Assembly (NCBI GenBank): GCA_965219955.1
Contig: OZ244799.1
Location: forward strand, 3,552,001-3,616,000
Length of the DNA stretch: 64,000 nt
Direction of reading: 5' to 3'
From: a bacterium
Lineage (GTDB): Bacteria > UBA8248
Made by a program: the position numbers and the translations under genes. Below the pieces are notes generated by a model. That model worked only from the letters and a program-made list of their open reading frames with translations. It did not search any database and was not told the DNA's origin. This document shows, piece after piece, positions 41,673-50,871 of this stretch (position 1 is the stretch's first letter; each line of letters opens with the position of its first letter).

Positions 41673-42869
41673 CTAAAACGCCGTGGCCACTCCTTTCACA
41701 TAGGCTTGCCCGGTTCTCAGCCGCAGGATTTGATTCGTGCCGTCCGAGTGCAAGAACGTACTGGCATCGCGAAGGTATTTTTCCATGGGGGCATCGTGCA
41801 TGATGCCTGCGCCGCCGAAAACCTCCATGCCCAGTCTCGCGCAATCAAAAGCGATTTCCGACGCGAAAACTTTGCATTTCCATCCTTGCGTGAAATCATA
41901 GGGCTTTTGATGGTCCACCGCCCAGGCGGTGCGCCAGATGTACGTGCGCGCAATGTCCAGATTCATCGCCATATCGGCAAGTATGGTTTCTATCGCCTGG
42001 TGCTGGCCGATGGGCTTGCCGCCCTGGACACGTTCCCGACTGTAGACGAGCGCCTTCTCGAACGCAGCGCGTCCAACGCCTAAGGCCGTTGCGGCTGCTT
42101 CGGGTTTTCCCATCGCCAGAAGGTTACCCCTGATCTCGAACATGTTTCCCTCGCCCAGGATGATGTGGTTCTCTGGAATCTCGACGTCTTCATAGAAAAT
42201 TTCAGAATTCATCGAAAGACGCTGGCCAATTTTTTCATGCACTTCGCCTATCGATATGCCGGGAGTCTCTCTAGGCACCAGAAAGCCCGTTAAACCTTCC
42301 CTCAAGTTTTTGCTGAGATCGGTTCTTGCCGCCAAAACGTACAACGACGCAACAGGGCCATTGCTGACATAGCGTTTTTTCCCGTTGAGGATCCATTTGC
42401 CGCCTTCTCTCTCCGCGCGCGTATAAAGCGCGATGGAAGGGTCGTCGTAATATCCCTGATGGTCGGTTCCCGCTCCTTCTTCCGTCATGGAAATCGCAGC
42501 CAGGAATCTTGGCTCTTCACATAAACGTTTAATCCACGGATCTCTGACTTCAGGCTCTACTTTTTCGAATATATGGGACAGCTTCCATGTCTGATCCAGG
42601 TTCACCGCAAAACCCAGATCTCCCGCTGCAAGCTCCTCTCCCGCCAGACAGCACGAAAGCACATCGGCGCTCATGCCGCCATGTTCTTTGGGGTAAGGGA
42701 GTTGTCTGAGACCCAAGGCGCTTGCCTTTTCGGTCAGATCCCAAGGCATCCGTTCTTCCCAGTTCTGAATCCGGTCACGCTCGGTGGACACCGGGGCCAA
42801 TTCTTCATAGGAAAATTTTCTGGCTATTTCCTGAATCTGTAATTGTTCCTCATTCAACGTGAATTCCAT
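41673..42869 (-). CDS. Acyl-CoA dehydrogenase family protein
   Basis: MTEEGAGTD, LNGKKRYVSNG, KIGQR, ERVQGGKPI, EKYLRDA, DGTNQI. Confidence 0.93.
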   Translation of the reverse strand: MEFTLNEEQLQIQEIARKFSYEELAPVSTERDRIQNWEERMPWDLTEKASALGLRQLPYPKEHGGMSADVLSCCLAGEELAAGDLGFAVNLDQTWKLSHIFEKVEPEVRDPWIKRLCEEPRFLAAISMTEEGAGTDHQGYYDDPSIALYTRAEREGGKWILNGKKRYVSNGPVASLYVLAARTDLSKNLREGLTGFLVPRETPGISIGEVHEKIGQRLSMNSEIFYEDVEIPENHIILGEGNMFEIRGNLLAMGKPEAAATALGVGRAAFEKALVYSRERVQGGKPIGQHQAIETILADMAMNLDIARTYIWRTAWAVDHQKPYDFTQGWKCKVFASEIAFDCARLGMEVFGGAGIMHDAPMEKYLRDASTFLHSDGTNQILRLRTGQAYVKGVATAF

Positions 42870-42942
42870 GGACGTTCCTCCCGTCAATTGCCCCTTGAAA
42901 GCGAGGCAAATAATCAATCACTTTAAGGAAAACAAAAGCGTA

Positions 42943-43326
42943 TCATGAAGAACAAGACAATACGCGATTGGCCGCTTCCATTTCCATGACACCAGGCGGC
43001 CTCCCAACACCCTCGACAAAGGCGGCATCCGCTCCCGCCATTTCAAGCTGGAAAACAGCCTCGTTCAAATCCGTGTTCGGGGACAACGATATCCCTCGTC
43101 TCGAAGGCATATCCGTTTTGGCAACCTCGCTCACTTTTTGAAATACCTCGGGCACACGAACAAATGCATCAAGGTCCTCTTTGTTCACAATGCCGATCAA
43201 GCGCTTGCTTTCAAAAACAGCCGCCCAAGGCGCGTTTATCCTGTTCATGGCCGCCCAGGTTTCTCTGGTGTCTTCTTCCGCCCCAACAATCGCTACCGCC
43301 TGCAAAAAACACTCCCTGACTTTCAT
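42943..43326 (-). CDS. CBS-domain-like protein
   Basis: MKVRE...LIGIVNKEDL...KVSEV CBS-pair pattern. Confidence 0.55.
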   Translation of the reverse strand: MKVRECFLQAVAIVGAEEDTRETWAAMNRINAPWAAVFESKRLIGIVNKEDLDAFVRVPEVFQKVSEVAKTDMPSRRGISLSPNTDLNEAVFQLEMAGADAAFVEGVGRPPGVMEMEAANRVLSCSS

Positions 43327-44024
43327 TGCTCGATTTTCTCGGCCGCCGGCAAATGCCCGAAGCGCGTCATCGCTTCAACTTTCAAAAACGTTGATTTCAT
43401 CGCCTTTAGTCTTTCCAGCGGATGTAGGGCTATTTTACCGGCCAGATCGCGAACGTCGGTCAATAGGTCTTTTTTCGATGTGACGCGATTCACCAATCCT
43501 AAGCGATATCCTTCTCGCGCATCAAATCTTCTGCCGGTGAGCACCAAATCTTTCGCAGCAGAAACAAAAATCTGCCGCGTCAGGCGAACAGTAGCGTCCC
43601 CTCCGGGAAATACCCCCAACGCAGTCTCCGGATACCCCAAAACTGCGCCGTCCACCGCAACACGAATATCACATGAGAGCATCAACACCATCCCCCATCC
43701 GAAAGCGGGTCCGTTTACGGCTGCTATGGTCGGGATGGGCAGTTCACGAAGGGCCGTGCTCCACCTCTCGCCCAACATCATGAAGAGCTTCGCTTGTTCT
43801 TCAGTATGGGTGGCGCTTTCCTTGAGGTCGCGCCCTGACGAAAAAGAGCTTCCCGCTCCCGTCACAACTAGAACCTTAATACCCGGCGTCTTTTCAATTT
43901 CATCCATCTCTTTACACATGGCTTTCATCAATGGCGTGTTGAACGCATTTCGTGCTTCCGGCCGATTAACGGTGATGCTCGCGACATGGGATTCGATTTG
44001 TGTGATGAGGAAGTCTGTATTCAT
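43323..44024 (-). CDS. Enoyl-CoA hydratase/isomerase family protein
   Basis: NRPEARNA, FSSGRDL, IAAVNG, CDIRVA, PE. Confidence 0.92.
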   Translation of the reverse strand: MNTDFLITQIESHVASITVNRPEARNAFNTPLMKAMCKEMDEIEKTPGIKVLVVTGAGSSFSSGRDLKESATHTEEQAKLFMMLGERWSTALRELPIPTIAAVNGPAFGWGMVLMLSCDIRVAVDGAVLGYPETALGVFPGGDATVRLTRQIFVSAAKDLVLTGRRFDAREGYRLGLVNRVTSKKDLLTDVRDLAGKIALHPLERLKAMKSTFLKVEAMTRFGHLPAAEKIEQ

Positions 44025-44041
44025 GTCTTGTCACAATGAAC

Positions 44042-44070
44042 AAAAAGCCCGTCCCCTAAGGGACAGGCTC
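44042..44070 (-). terminator. Intrinsic terminator
   Basis: Minus strand AGCCTGTCCC-TTAG-GGGACGGGCT-TTTT. Confidence 0.7.
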
Positions 44071-44098
44071 GATACTGCAAGTAAGATTAGGCGTCTTT

Positions 44099-44881
44099 TT
44101 ATTCTCCGGTAAAAACAGGTTTCCTCTTCTCTTTGAACGCCTGCAGCGCCTCGGCGAAATCCCTGGTGTGATTCAACGGCAACCTGTGGGCGTTCGAAAA
44201 TTCGATAGCCTGAGCGAGCGGCATATCGAGCGTCTGATCGATCACTTTTTTCGCGCCACGAACACCCAAGGGGCCATTGTCTCTGATCCGCTCCGCGATG
44301 GAAGTGGCTTCATCCATCAACACATCCAGCGGATGCGCTTTGTTCACCAAACCGATGCGCTCGGCTTCTTTTCCATCGATTCGTTTGCTCGTGTAAACCA
44401 ACTCTTTCGCCTGACCGGCCGGCATTACCCTTTGAAGCCAGACCACGCCGCCGGCCCCGGGGAAAATACCCAAACTGCATTCCGGGAAACAAAGAGTGGC
44501 TTCTTCAGCAGCCAGCCTGATATCGCACACCAAGGTAATTTCCACGCCCCAGCCGAATGTATGGCCGTTGATGGCGGCGATGGTGGGCATGGGCAAGCGC
44601 TCCCATAACGATGTCGCCGCCATCACATAGCGCTGATATTGATCGGCCATCTCTTTCGTATGGGTAGTGCTTTCTTTCAGGTCGCGGCCCGTGCTGAAAC
44701 CACGTCCCTCTCCTGTGAGAATGACCACCCGCACATCTTGCGCGTCGGCCAAAGTTCGCGTCAATTCCACGAATTCTTCCGCCATCTTGAAACTGATTGC
44801 GTTCAGACTCTCCGGACGGTTGAACTTCACTACCGCCAATCCATCTTCTTCCGTATAGGATAATGTTTCAAATTCGCGCAC
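44099..44881 (-). CDS. Enoyl-CoA hydratase/isomerase family protein
   Basis: NRPESLNA, FSTGRDL, IAAING, CDIRLA, EKRKPVFTG; GTG start after AGGAGG. Confidence 0.92.
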   Translation of the reverse strand: MREFETLSYTEEDGLAVVKFNRPESLNAISFKMAEEFVELTRTLADAQDVRVVILTGEGRGFSTGRDLKESTTHTKEMADQYQRYVMAATSLWERLPMPTIAAINGHTFGWGVEITLVCDIRLAAEEATLCFPECSLGIFPGAGGVVWLQRVMPAGQAKELVYTSKRIDGKEAERIGLVNKAHPLDVLMDEATSIAERIRDNGPLGVRGAKKVIDQTLDMPLAQAIEFSNAHRLPLNHTRDFAEALQAFKEKRKPVFTGE

Positions 44882-44920
44882 GTGCCCCTCCTGGGAAATA
44901 CTTTTTCTCAATAATTCGGA

Positions 44921-45451
44921 TCAGCTTTTCAGGTGGCTGGCCACTTCTTCGACAAACTTCAGCGTCGTGTCTCTCATTTCATCGGGCTGCAAATTACTGA
45001 CCGGGTGAGGCAACTGAATATAAGGATGCCCTTCCATGCCCTTGCCACGGAATTGAAAGTCCGCCGCGTTCTTGAACGCCTCGGTGATGATGGTCGTTGA
45101 AGGAATGCCCCGTTTTTCAAATTCAACCGTGTCGTGCACACTGCACAACGTGCAGGAGCCTCAGCCTCCCAATGCGGCTATCGCCACATCCACCTCCTGG
45201 GCCATTTCTTCGATCATTTCATCAGTGGCCGGCTTCGAGTAATGTTCTTTTCGCCTCGAAATGACTCTGGCGACATCGTATTGCTCACGGAGGGCATTCC
45301 CCAGGGTCTCCAAAATGATATCCGCTTGTTCTTTGGTGTTATCGAGGAGCCCTACCACCTTTCCCGAAAGATCGCCGGGCCGTTGCGCAAGCACGATTCG
45401 CGCGGCCGACCCTCCCGCCGTCGGATCGATGAATCCCATTCCGTTCGCCAT
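44921..45451 (-). CDS. UGSC-family selenoprotein (UGA at 45161-45163), 176 aa
   Basis: Two ORF-track fragments are in one frame: ...VAIAALGG-TGA-GSCTLCSVHDTVEFEKRGIPS...PHPV; upstream VGLLDNTK motif; RBS GGAG. Confidence 0.9.
45131..45149 (-). promoter_or_regulatory. Putative bacterial SECIS hairpin (UGSC)
   Basis: Minus strand GTTGTGCA-GTG-TGCACGAC; stem starts 11 nt after UGA, GU in the loop. Confidence 0.6.
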
Positions 45452-45645
45452 GGTTTTCTCCAAATGATAGGTGAATGCAACCGAAACCAAATCATATCCC
45501 GCAATTCATTCCTTGTCTACGATATCAACTCTTTCGATTTTCCCATGAAAATGCGAATGATGTTTTATCCGCTTCTCAGATTCGCGGAATTTTGGCAAAA
45601 TCAAGTCTAATTCACGGCAATCCTCTTACCTTAAGGAGCAAACAA

Positions 45646-47907
45646 ATGGCCGATTACGATATCATCGGCAAGTCGAATGTCCGATACGATGCTATCCCGA
45701 AAGCAGATGGCTCCATGCCCTACGGAGAAGACGCGATCCCTGCAGGCGCTTTGCAGTGCGGCGTGCTGTTTACGCCCGTCCCCGTAGGCCGCCTCAAAAA
45801 GCTCGACACTTCCAAAGCCGAAAAAATCCCGGGCGTAGTCGCCATTCTGACCGCAAAGGACATTCCGGGCACAAACGCGCGATTCGGCTCCGGCACGCCG
45901 GGCCTGCCACATCAGCCCGTGCTGGTTGAGGATAAAATTGAATTTACCGGAGACGCTCTCGCCATCGTAGGCGCCGAAAACAGAGAAGCGCTTGATGCCG
46001 CGATAGCTGCGATCGAATTGGAAATCGAGGCGGAGGAGGGCGTGTGGACAACGCGTCACGATGAAACTAGCGCCGAGAAACGACAAGCGTGTGACTTTGA
46101 AGCTACACGTGGAGACGTAAAAAGAGCGTTTGACGAAGCCGACGTGGTGATTGAGAAAACATACACCACACAACTTGCTGAACACGCCTTCCTGGAACCT
46201 GCTTCCGGTACTTCCTGGATGGAGGAAGACGGCGTCATCACCATCCGCGTCGGCACACAGCTCATTGAATACTATCGCGCCATTGCGGCGATTTTAGGAA
46301 TCTCGCACAGCCGCGTCCGCCACCTCGGCACTTATGTCGGCGGCGGATTCGGCGCCAAGGGCATGCTGACGGTGGAACCTTACCTGGCGCTGCTCACCTG
46401 GCATACGCAAAGACCCGCCGTAATGGTGTTGGGTCGCGAGCACGGCATCCGAAACACCTCGAAAAAACATCCTTTCTATATGAAGTACAAAACGGGAGCG
46501 ACCAAGGACGGGAAAATCTTGGCCGTACAGGCGGACATCGTGGGAGACGCAGGCGCATATCCGTATAAATCGAATCTATTCCTCCTGGGCGCCATGTGCA
46601 TCGCCGCAGGCCCGTACGATGTGCCCAACGCAAAAATACGCGCACACGGCTATCTCACCAACAATCCCATCACCAACGCGATGCGCGGTGTCGGATCGAA
46701 CCAAGTATGTTTCGCGTATGAGACCCAAATGAACCTGGTTGCAGACGCCATCGGGATGGATAAATATGAATTCAGGCGAAAAAATTTCATCCAGAAAAAC
46801 CAGGAACTGCCGACCGGACAGAAAATACCTTATGAACCGAACCTGGAAGGGTGTCTCGACGGCGCGCTTCAGGCTTTGGGCGAACCCACAGAACCAGGCC
46901 CGGGCAAACGCATTGGCAGGGCGGCGGCGGCGAACATCACCGGCTACGGAAGGCCGAATGACGACGCGAATGCGGCGGTTCACCTCGAGCCGGACGGCAG
47001 CGCCGTGGTCCGCGTGAGTGCGCCGGATATAGGCGCCGGCCAGGGCGCTACGCTTCAAAGCATCACGGCTGAAACCCTGGGACTCAGGCTCGACCAGGTT
47101 TCCACCCGCCTGTCCGATTCCGCCACAACACCGCTCTCGGGCATCACCGCAGGCTCCCGACAAACGCTTATGGCCGGGCACGCCGTTCGACTCGCCGCAG
47201 ATGAGGTTCGGAAAGCCGTTACCAAAGGCGCCGCTTCGTTGCTTGAAGCTGCGGAAGAGGATATTCGCGTAGGAGGCGGCGAGGCGTGGGTGGCCTCTGC
47301 TCCCGAGAGAAGAGTCGGCATCGGTCCTGCGGCCGGCGAAGCCAAAAAAATGGGTGAAGCGCTGCATTGCACGCATGGCTACAACATGCCGGGACATGAA
47401 TATGAGAATCCGGAGCGATACATGAATGGCATGGGCGGATGGTCGGACTACACATTCGGTGTTCATGCAAGCGAAGTGGAAGTCGACATCGAAACCGGCG
47501 AAGTGAATCTCTTGAAGCACGTCGCTTCCCATGACGTCGGGCGAGCTCTGAATCCTCAAAGCGTGGAGGGGCAATTCGAAGGCGGCGCGGTAATGGGAAT
47601 CGGCTATGCGCTGCACGAGGAAATCACCATGGTGGAAGGAGACTGTCGATCACAGAGCTTTCACGAGTATCTGATCCCCACCTCCTCGGATATCGGCGAG
47701 TTTGAGTCCGTTGTTCTTGAATGCGGGGAAGGGGCGGGTCCATATGGCGCACGCGGCGTCGGAGAACCTCCGTGCAATAACGCGCCGGCCGCTGTCGCCC
47801 TCGCCATCAACGATGCGATAGGCACGGAGGTCTACGACCTGCCCATCACGCCCGAGCGTGTCTGCTGGGCGGTAACAAAGAAAAACGGTAAAAGCAACGG
47901 CCATTAA
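45646..47907 (+). CDS. Xanthine dehydrogenase family molybdopterin-binding large subunit
   Basis: EHAFLEP, VGGGFGAK, AMRGVG, DIGAGQG, GSRQT, GQFEGG, RGVGEPP; RBS AAGGAG. Confidence 0.93.
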   Translation: MADYDIIGKSNVRYDAIPKADGSMPYGEDAIPAGALQCGVLFTPVPVGRLKKLDTSKAEKIPGVVAILTAKDIPGTNARFGSGTPGLPHQPVLVEDKIEFTGDALAIVGAENREALDAAIAAIELEIEAEEGVWTTRHDETSAEKRQACDFEATRGDVKRAFDEADVVIEKTYTTQLAEHAFLEPASGTSWMEEDGVITIRVGTQLIEYYRAIAAILGISHSRVRHLGTYVGGGFGAKGMLTVEPYLALLTWHTQRPAVMVLGREHGIRNTSKKHPFYMKYKTGATKDGKILAVQADIVGDAGAYPYKSNLFLLGAMCIAAGPYDVPNAKIRAHGYLTNNPITNAMRGVGSNQVCFAYETQMNLVADAIGMDKYEFRRKNFIQKNQELPTGQKIPYEPNLEGCLDGALQALGEPTEPGPGKRIGRAAAANITGYGRPNDDANAAVHLEPDGSAVVRVSAPDIGAGQGATLQSITAETLGLRLDQVSTRLSDSATTPLSGITAGSRQTLMAGHAVRLAADEVRKAVTKGAASLLEAAEEDIRVGGGEAWVASAPERRVGIGPAAGEAKKMGEALHCTHGYNMPGHEYENPERYMNGMGGWSDYTFGVHASEVEVDIETGEVNLLKHVASHDVGRALNPQSVEGQFEGGAVMGIGYALHEEITMVEGDCRSQSFHEYLIPTSSDIGEFESVVLECGEGAGPYGARGVGEPPCNNAPAAVALAINDAIGTEVYDLPITPERVCWAVTKKNGKSNGH

Positions 47908-49642
47908 CCCGGATATTTCACCGACAAATGGCATGGGGCCTCTGAATGTCGGATAATGTGAGTTGTCTCAATAACTTACACCCGTCCGACAGAGAGGCCC
48001 CATGGATACGCATTGTACACCGGAACAACTTCACTTTCACCCCCACGGAAGACGCGAGGTCATCGCCCGATTCGACGGCGGACGGATCACGTCGGACGCC
48101 GGCGGGGTGCTGCTTCGCGAGACGGATCTCCGCCTGGGTCTGATGGCTCGTCTGGCGCGGTGTTTTCGTGATTGCCGCAAGCCCGGCAGCGTGGAGCACC
48201 CGGTGCGCTCGCTGGCGGCGCAGCGGGTGTACGCGCTGGCGCTGGGCTACGAGGACCTGAACGACCACGAGGATTTGCGCCGCGACAGGTTGCTGGCGCT
48301 GCTGGTGGGCAAGCGGGACCTGACGGGAGCCGGGCGGGTTCGCCTTCGGGACCGCGGCTCTCCGCTGGCCGCATCGAGTACGCTGAACCGCCTGGAGTTG
48401 GGCGGCGCCGAGGCGGCGACGGATCGCTACAAGCGCATCGCTGCGGACTTCGAGGCGATGGACCGCCTGCTGGTGGACGTGTTCATGGAGTCTTACGCCG
48501 AACCGCCCGAAGAGATATGGCTGGACCTCGACGCCACGGACGACCCCCTGCACGGTCGCCAGGAGGGGCGCTTCTTCCACGGCTATTACGGCCGCTACTG
48601 TTATCTGCCGCTCTACGTCTTCTGCGGCGCGCATCTGCTGTGCGCGCGGCTGCGCCGCTCGAACGTCGACGCCTCGGCCGGCAGCGAGGAGGAGTTGGCG
48701 CGGATCGTGGCGCAGGTCCGCAGGCGCTGGCCGCGTACGCGGGTCGTGGTTCGCGGCGACTCGGGTTTTTGCCGCGAGCCGTTGATGCGCTGGTGCGAGG
48801 AGAACGGCGTCGGCTACGTGTTCGGCATGGCGCGCAACGCGCGGCTGGTGCGGGCGATTGGCCGGGACCTCTACCGGGCCGAGGTCGTCTGTCGCCGCAC
48901 GGGTGAGCCGGCGCGCCGGTATCGCGACTTCCGCTATCGAACGCGCAAGAGCTGGTCCAGAACCCGCCGGGTGGTGGGCAAGGCGCAATACCTGCCCAGG
49001 GGGGCGAACCCGCGGTTCGTGGTCACCAATCTCCGCCCCCGGCGGGCCGGCGCCAGACGCCTCTACGAAGAACTCTACTGCGCCCGGGGAGAGATGGAGA
49101 ACCGCATCAAGGAACAGCAACTCGGCCTGTTCGCCGACCGCACCAGCAGCGCCACCATGAGGGCCAATCAGTTGCGGCTCTACTTCGCCTCCTTCGCCTA
49201 CGTCCTGATGCACGGACTCCGGCGCCTGGGGCTGGCGGGCACGACATGCGCCAGGGCCCAGTGCGCAACGATCCGGCTGAAACTGCTCAAGATCGGCGCC
49301 CGCGTGAGGGTCAGCGTGCGCAAGGTCCGGCTGTCTATCTCCGAGGCCTGGCCCCATGCGGCGCTCTTCGAAAAGGTAGTGAACAACCTGCGTACGCACC
49401 CGCCCTGGCCGACGGCGGGGGAGAGTGACTGAGCGTAGAATCGGAGCGACATAGGTTGCCGCAGCGGGAAACCTGCGCCTGCGCGTCGGCCGGCACTCCC
49501 CGAAAGCCTTCGAAATCGACGAAAAAGCGCCGCTCGGGCGCCGTGCGTCATCGTATCGCGCCGACGAAGAAGGCCGCCTCCCGAATCAAGCCGTCCACGA
49601 CTTCAAATCAGGCCGTTCCAAAGCCTCGGTGAAATATCCGGG
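47908..49642 (+). mobile_element. IS1380-family insertion sequence (1735 bp)
   Basis: Perfect 17-bp terminal IRs CCCGGATATTTCACCGA (47908-47924 and 49626-49642); TTAA on both flanks; GC-rich relative to its surroundings. Confidence 0.95.
48002..49432 (+). CDS. IS1380-family transposase
   Basis: FDGGRITSDAG, GYEDLNDH, LDLDATDDPLHGRQE, RGDSGF, RGEMENRIKE. Confidence 0.95.
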   Translation: MDTHCTPEQLHFHPHGRREVIARFDGGRITSDAGGVLLRETDLRLGLMARLARCFRDCRKPGSVEHPVRSLAAQRVYALALGYEDLNDHEDLRRDRLLALLVGKRDLTGAGRVRLRDRGSPLAASSTLNRLELGGAEAATDRYKRIAADFEAMDRLLVDVFMESYAEPPEEIWLDLDATDDPLHGRQEGRFFHGYYGRYCYLPLYVFCGAHLLCARLRRSNVDASAGSEEELARIVAQVRRRWPRTRVVVRGDSGFCREPLMRWCEENGVGYVFGMARNARLVRAIGRDLYRAEVVCRRTGEPARRYRDFRYRTRKSWSRTRRVVGKAQYLPRGANPRFVVTNLRPRRAGARRLYEELYCARGEMENRIKEQQLGLFADRTSSATMRANQLRLYFASFAYVLMHGLRRLGLAGTTCARAQCATIRLKLLKIGARVRVSVRKVRLSISEAWPHAALFEKVVNNLRTHPPWPTAGESD

Positions 49643-49660
49643 TTAACAGGCTTCAATCAC

Positions 49661-49694
49661 AAAAGAGCCCCGGCATTATTGTCGGGGCTCTTTT
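49661..49694. terminator. Bidirectional intrinsic terminator
   Basis: AAAAGAGCCCCGGCA-TTAT-TGTCGGGGCTCTTTT between convergent genes. Confidence 0.85.
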
Positions 49695-49816
49695 CTAAAG
49701 AAACACACAGTATTTCTTGTATTGCAAAGAGCAGACCGAACAGAGTCCTTTCGGGATTCTGAGATGTGTTGCTGAAAACCCGGTCTTCTGACCATTATTT
49801 TCTGAAAAGAAAACTT

Positions 49817-50836
49817 TCACACATCAAATTTTTTTGTCACGGCCCGACACGCCACGGTGATCCCGTGCATGACCATGCTGGAGGGTGAACCCCTGCTTCC
49901 CGCGACGATTAAATGAAGGTCTTCGGGATCGCCAACCGCAGGCACAAAAAAATCATCATCGTTCACATCCACGGGAAACGGCCAGCGATCCGCGCCTTTC
50001 TCTCCCCTCCAGATACCGCCGCGCTTGATATCCCCGATAGTGCGCCCACCCATTTCCAGTAATTTTTGATGGACATCACTGCGAGTCATTCCGGCGTCAG
50101 CGCAAAGATGCGCATGTTGCGCGCCCAGGACAACCGCCATATCTGCTTGCCGATACATATTGGGCCCACCCAAGGCGGACATCATATCGGCAACCGTCGT
50201 CAGAAGCCGGTCGGGCGTCAGGCTCGCATCGTCCCATACCTGCACGGGTCCTTCGAGTGGAATCATGGTCACCACGCTATCGTTCTTTGAAAACCCTTTG
50301 GATTCCGCATACGACTCCCAGGGAGATTCCTCCTCGTTCTCCATGATGCAAAAAGTGTTTCGCCAGGGGCCGCCAAAACCGCCGAGACAGGTGATACCGG
50401 GAATGCCTCCCCCCACGTTCATCATGATGAGCCGCACGGCGCGGCCGATGGTCAGATTCGCGCGAAAACCGGGACCCATGCAGCCCACTCCGCCGTGCAG
50501 TCCGATCTCCTTTGCGTAGGGACCATTAACCAATAGAAAAGGAGCGCCCGCGCTTGTTGTGGCCTGAATCAGATTTACGTTGAAACGCTCATCAAGAAGC
50601 GCCTCCAGCCCGGCTATCAAAACCGGCATGTATTCGGGCTTGCAACCCGCCATCACGGCATGGGCCGCCACGCTTTGAATGCTGAGTTCCCCGCCCGCCG
50701 GAGCCACTTGGCCAAGCACTTCGCCCGGCTCCCTTGTCGTTCCTGTGAGCATCAAGCCAATTCTCTCTTCCGTGGGCGTCACGACAGGCAGGCCGTCCGA
50801 CCATTCCTTGTCAAAGAAAAACTCAAACTCATCCAT
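49817..50836 (-). CDS. Uncharacterised WSDGLPV-family protein, paralog 4 (putative UGSC partner)
   Basis: WSDGLPVVTPTEER, AVMAGCKPEY, VNGP, GPGFRANLTIGRA, ENEEESPW. Confidence 0.85.
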   Translation of the reverse strand: MDEFEFFFDKEWSDGLPVVTPTEERIGLMLTGTTREPGEVLGQVAPAGGELSIQSVAAHAVMAGCKPEYMPVLIAGLEALLDERFNVNLIQATTSAGAPFLLVNGPYAKEIGLHGGVGCMGPGFRANLTIGRAVRLIMMNVGGGIPGITCLGGFGGPWRNTFCIMENEEESPWESYAESKGFSKNDSVVTMIPLEGPVQVWDDASLTPDRLLTTVADMMSALGGPNMYRQADMAVVLGAQHAHLCADAGMTRSDVHQKLLEMGGRTIGDIKRGGIWRGEKGADRWPFPVDVNDDDFFVPAVGDPEDLHLIVAGSRGSPSSMVMHGITVACRAVTKKFDV

Positions 50837-50871
50837 GCGTTCATCCTCAAAAGCAAGCCTGAGAGAAAGGC

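Noticed and set aside
47918-49399. 493-aa antisense ORF within the IS
   Set aside because: Antisense shadow of the transposase.
49700-49800. Structured intergenic stretch (CAGAGTCC-TTTCG-GGATTCTG inside AGACCG/CGGTCT) as a hammerhead ribozyme
   Set aside because: Lacks the CUGANGA core on either strand; only generic hairpins.
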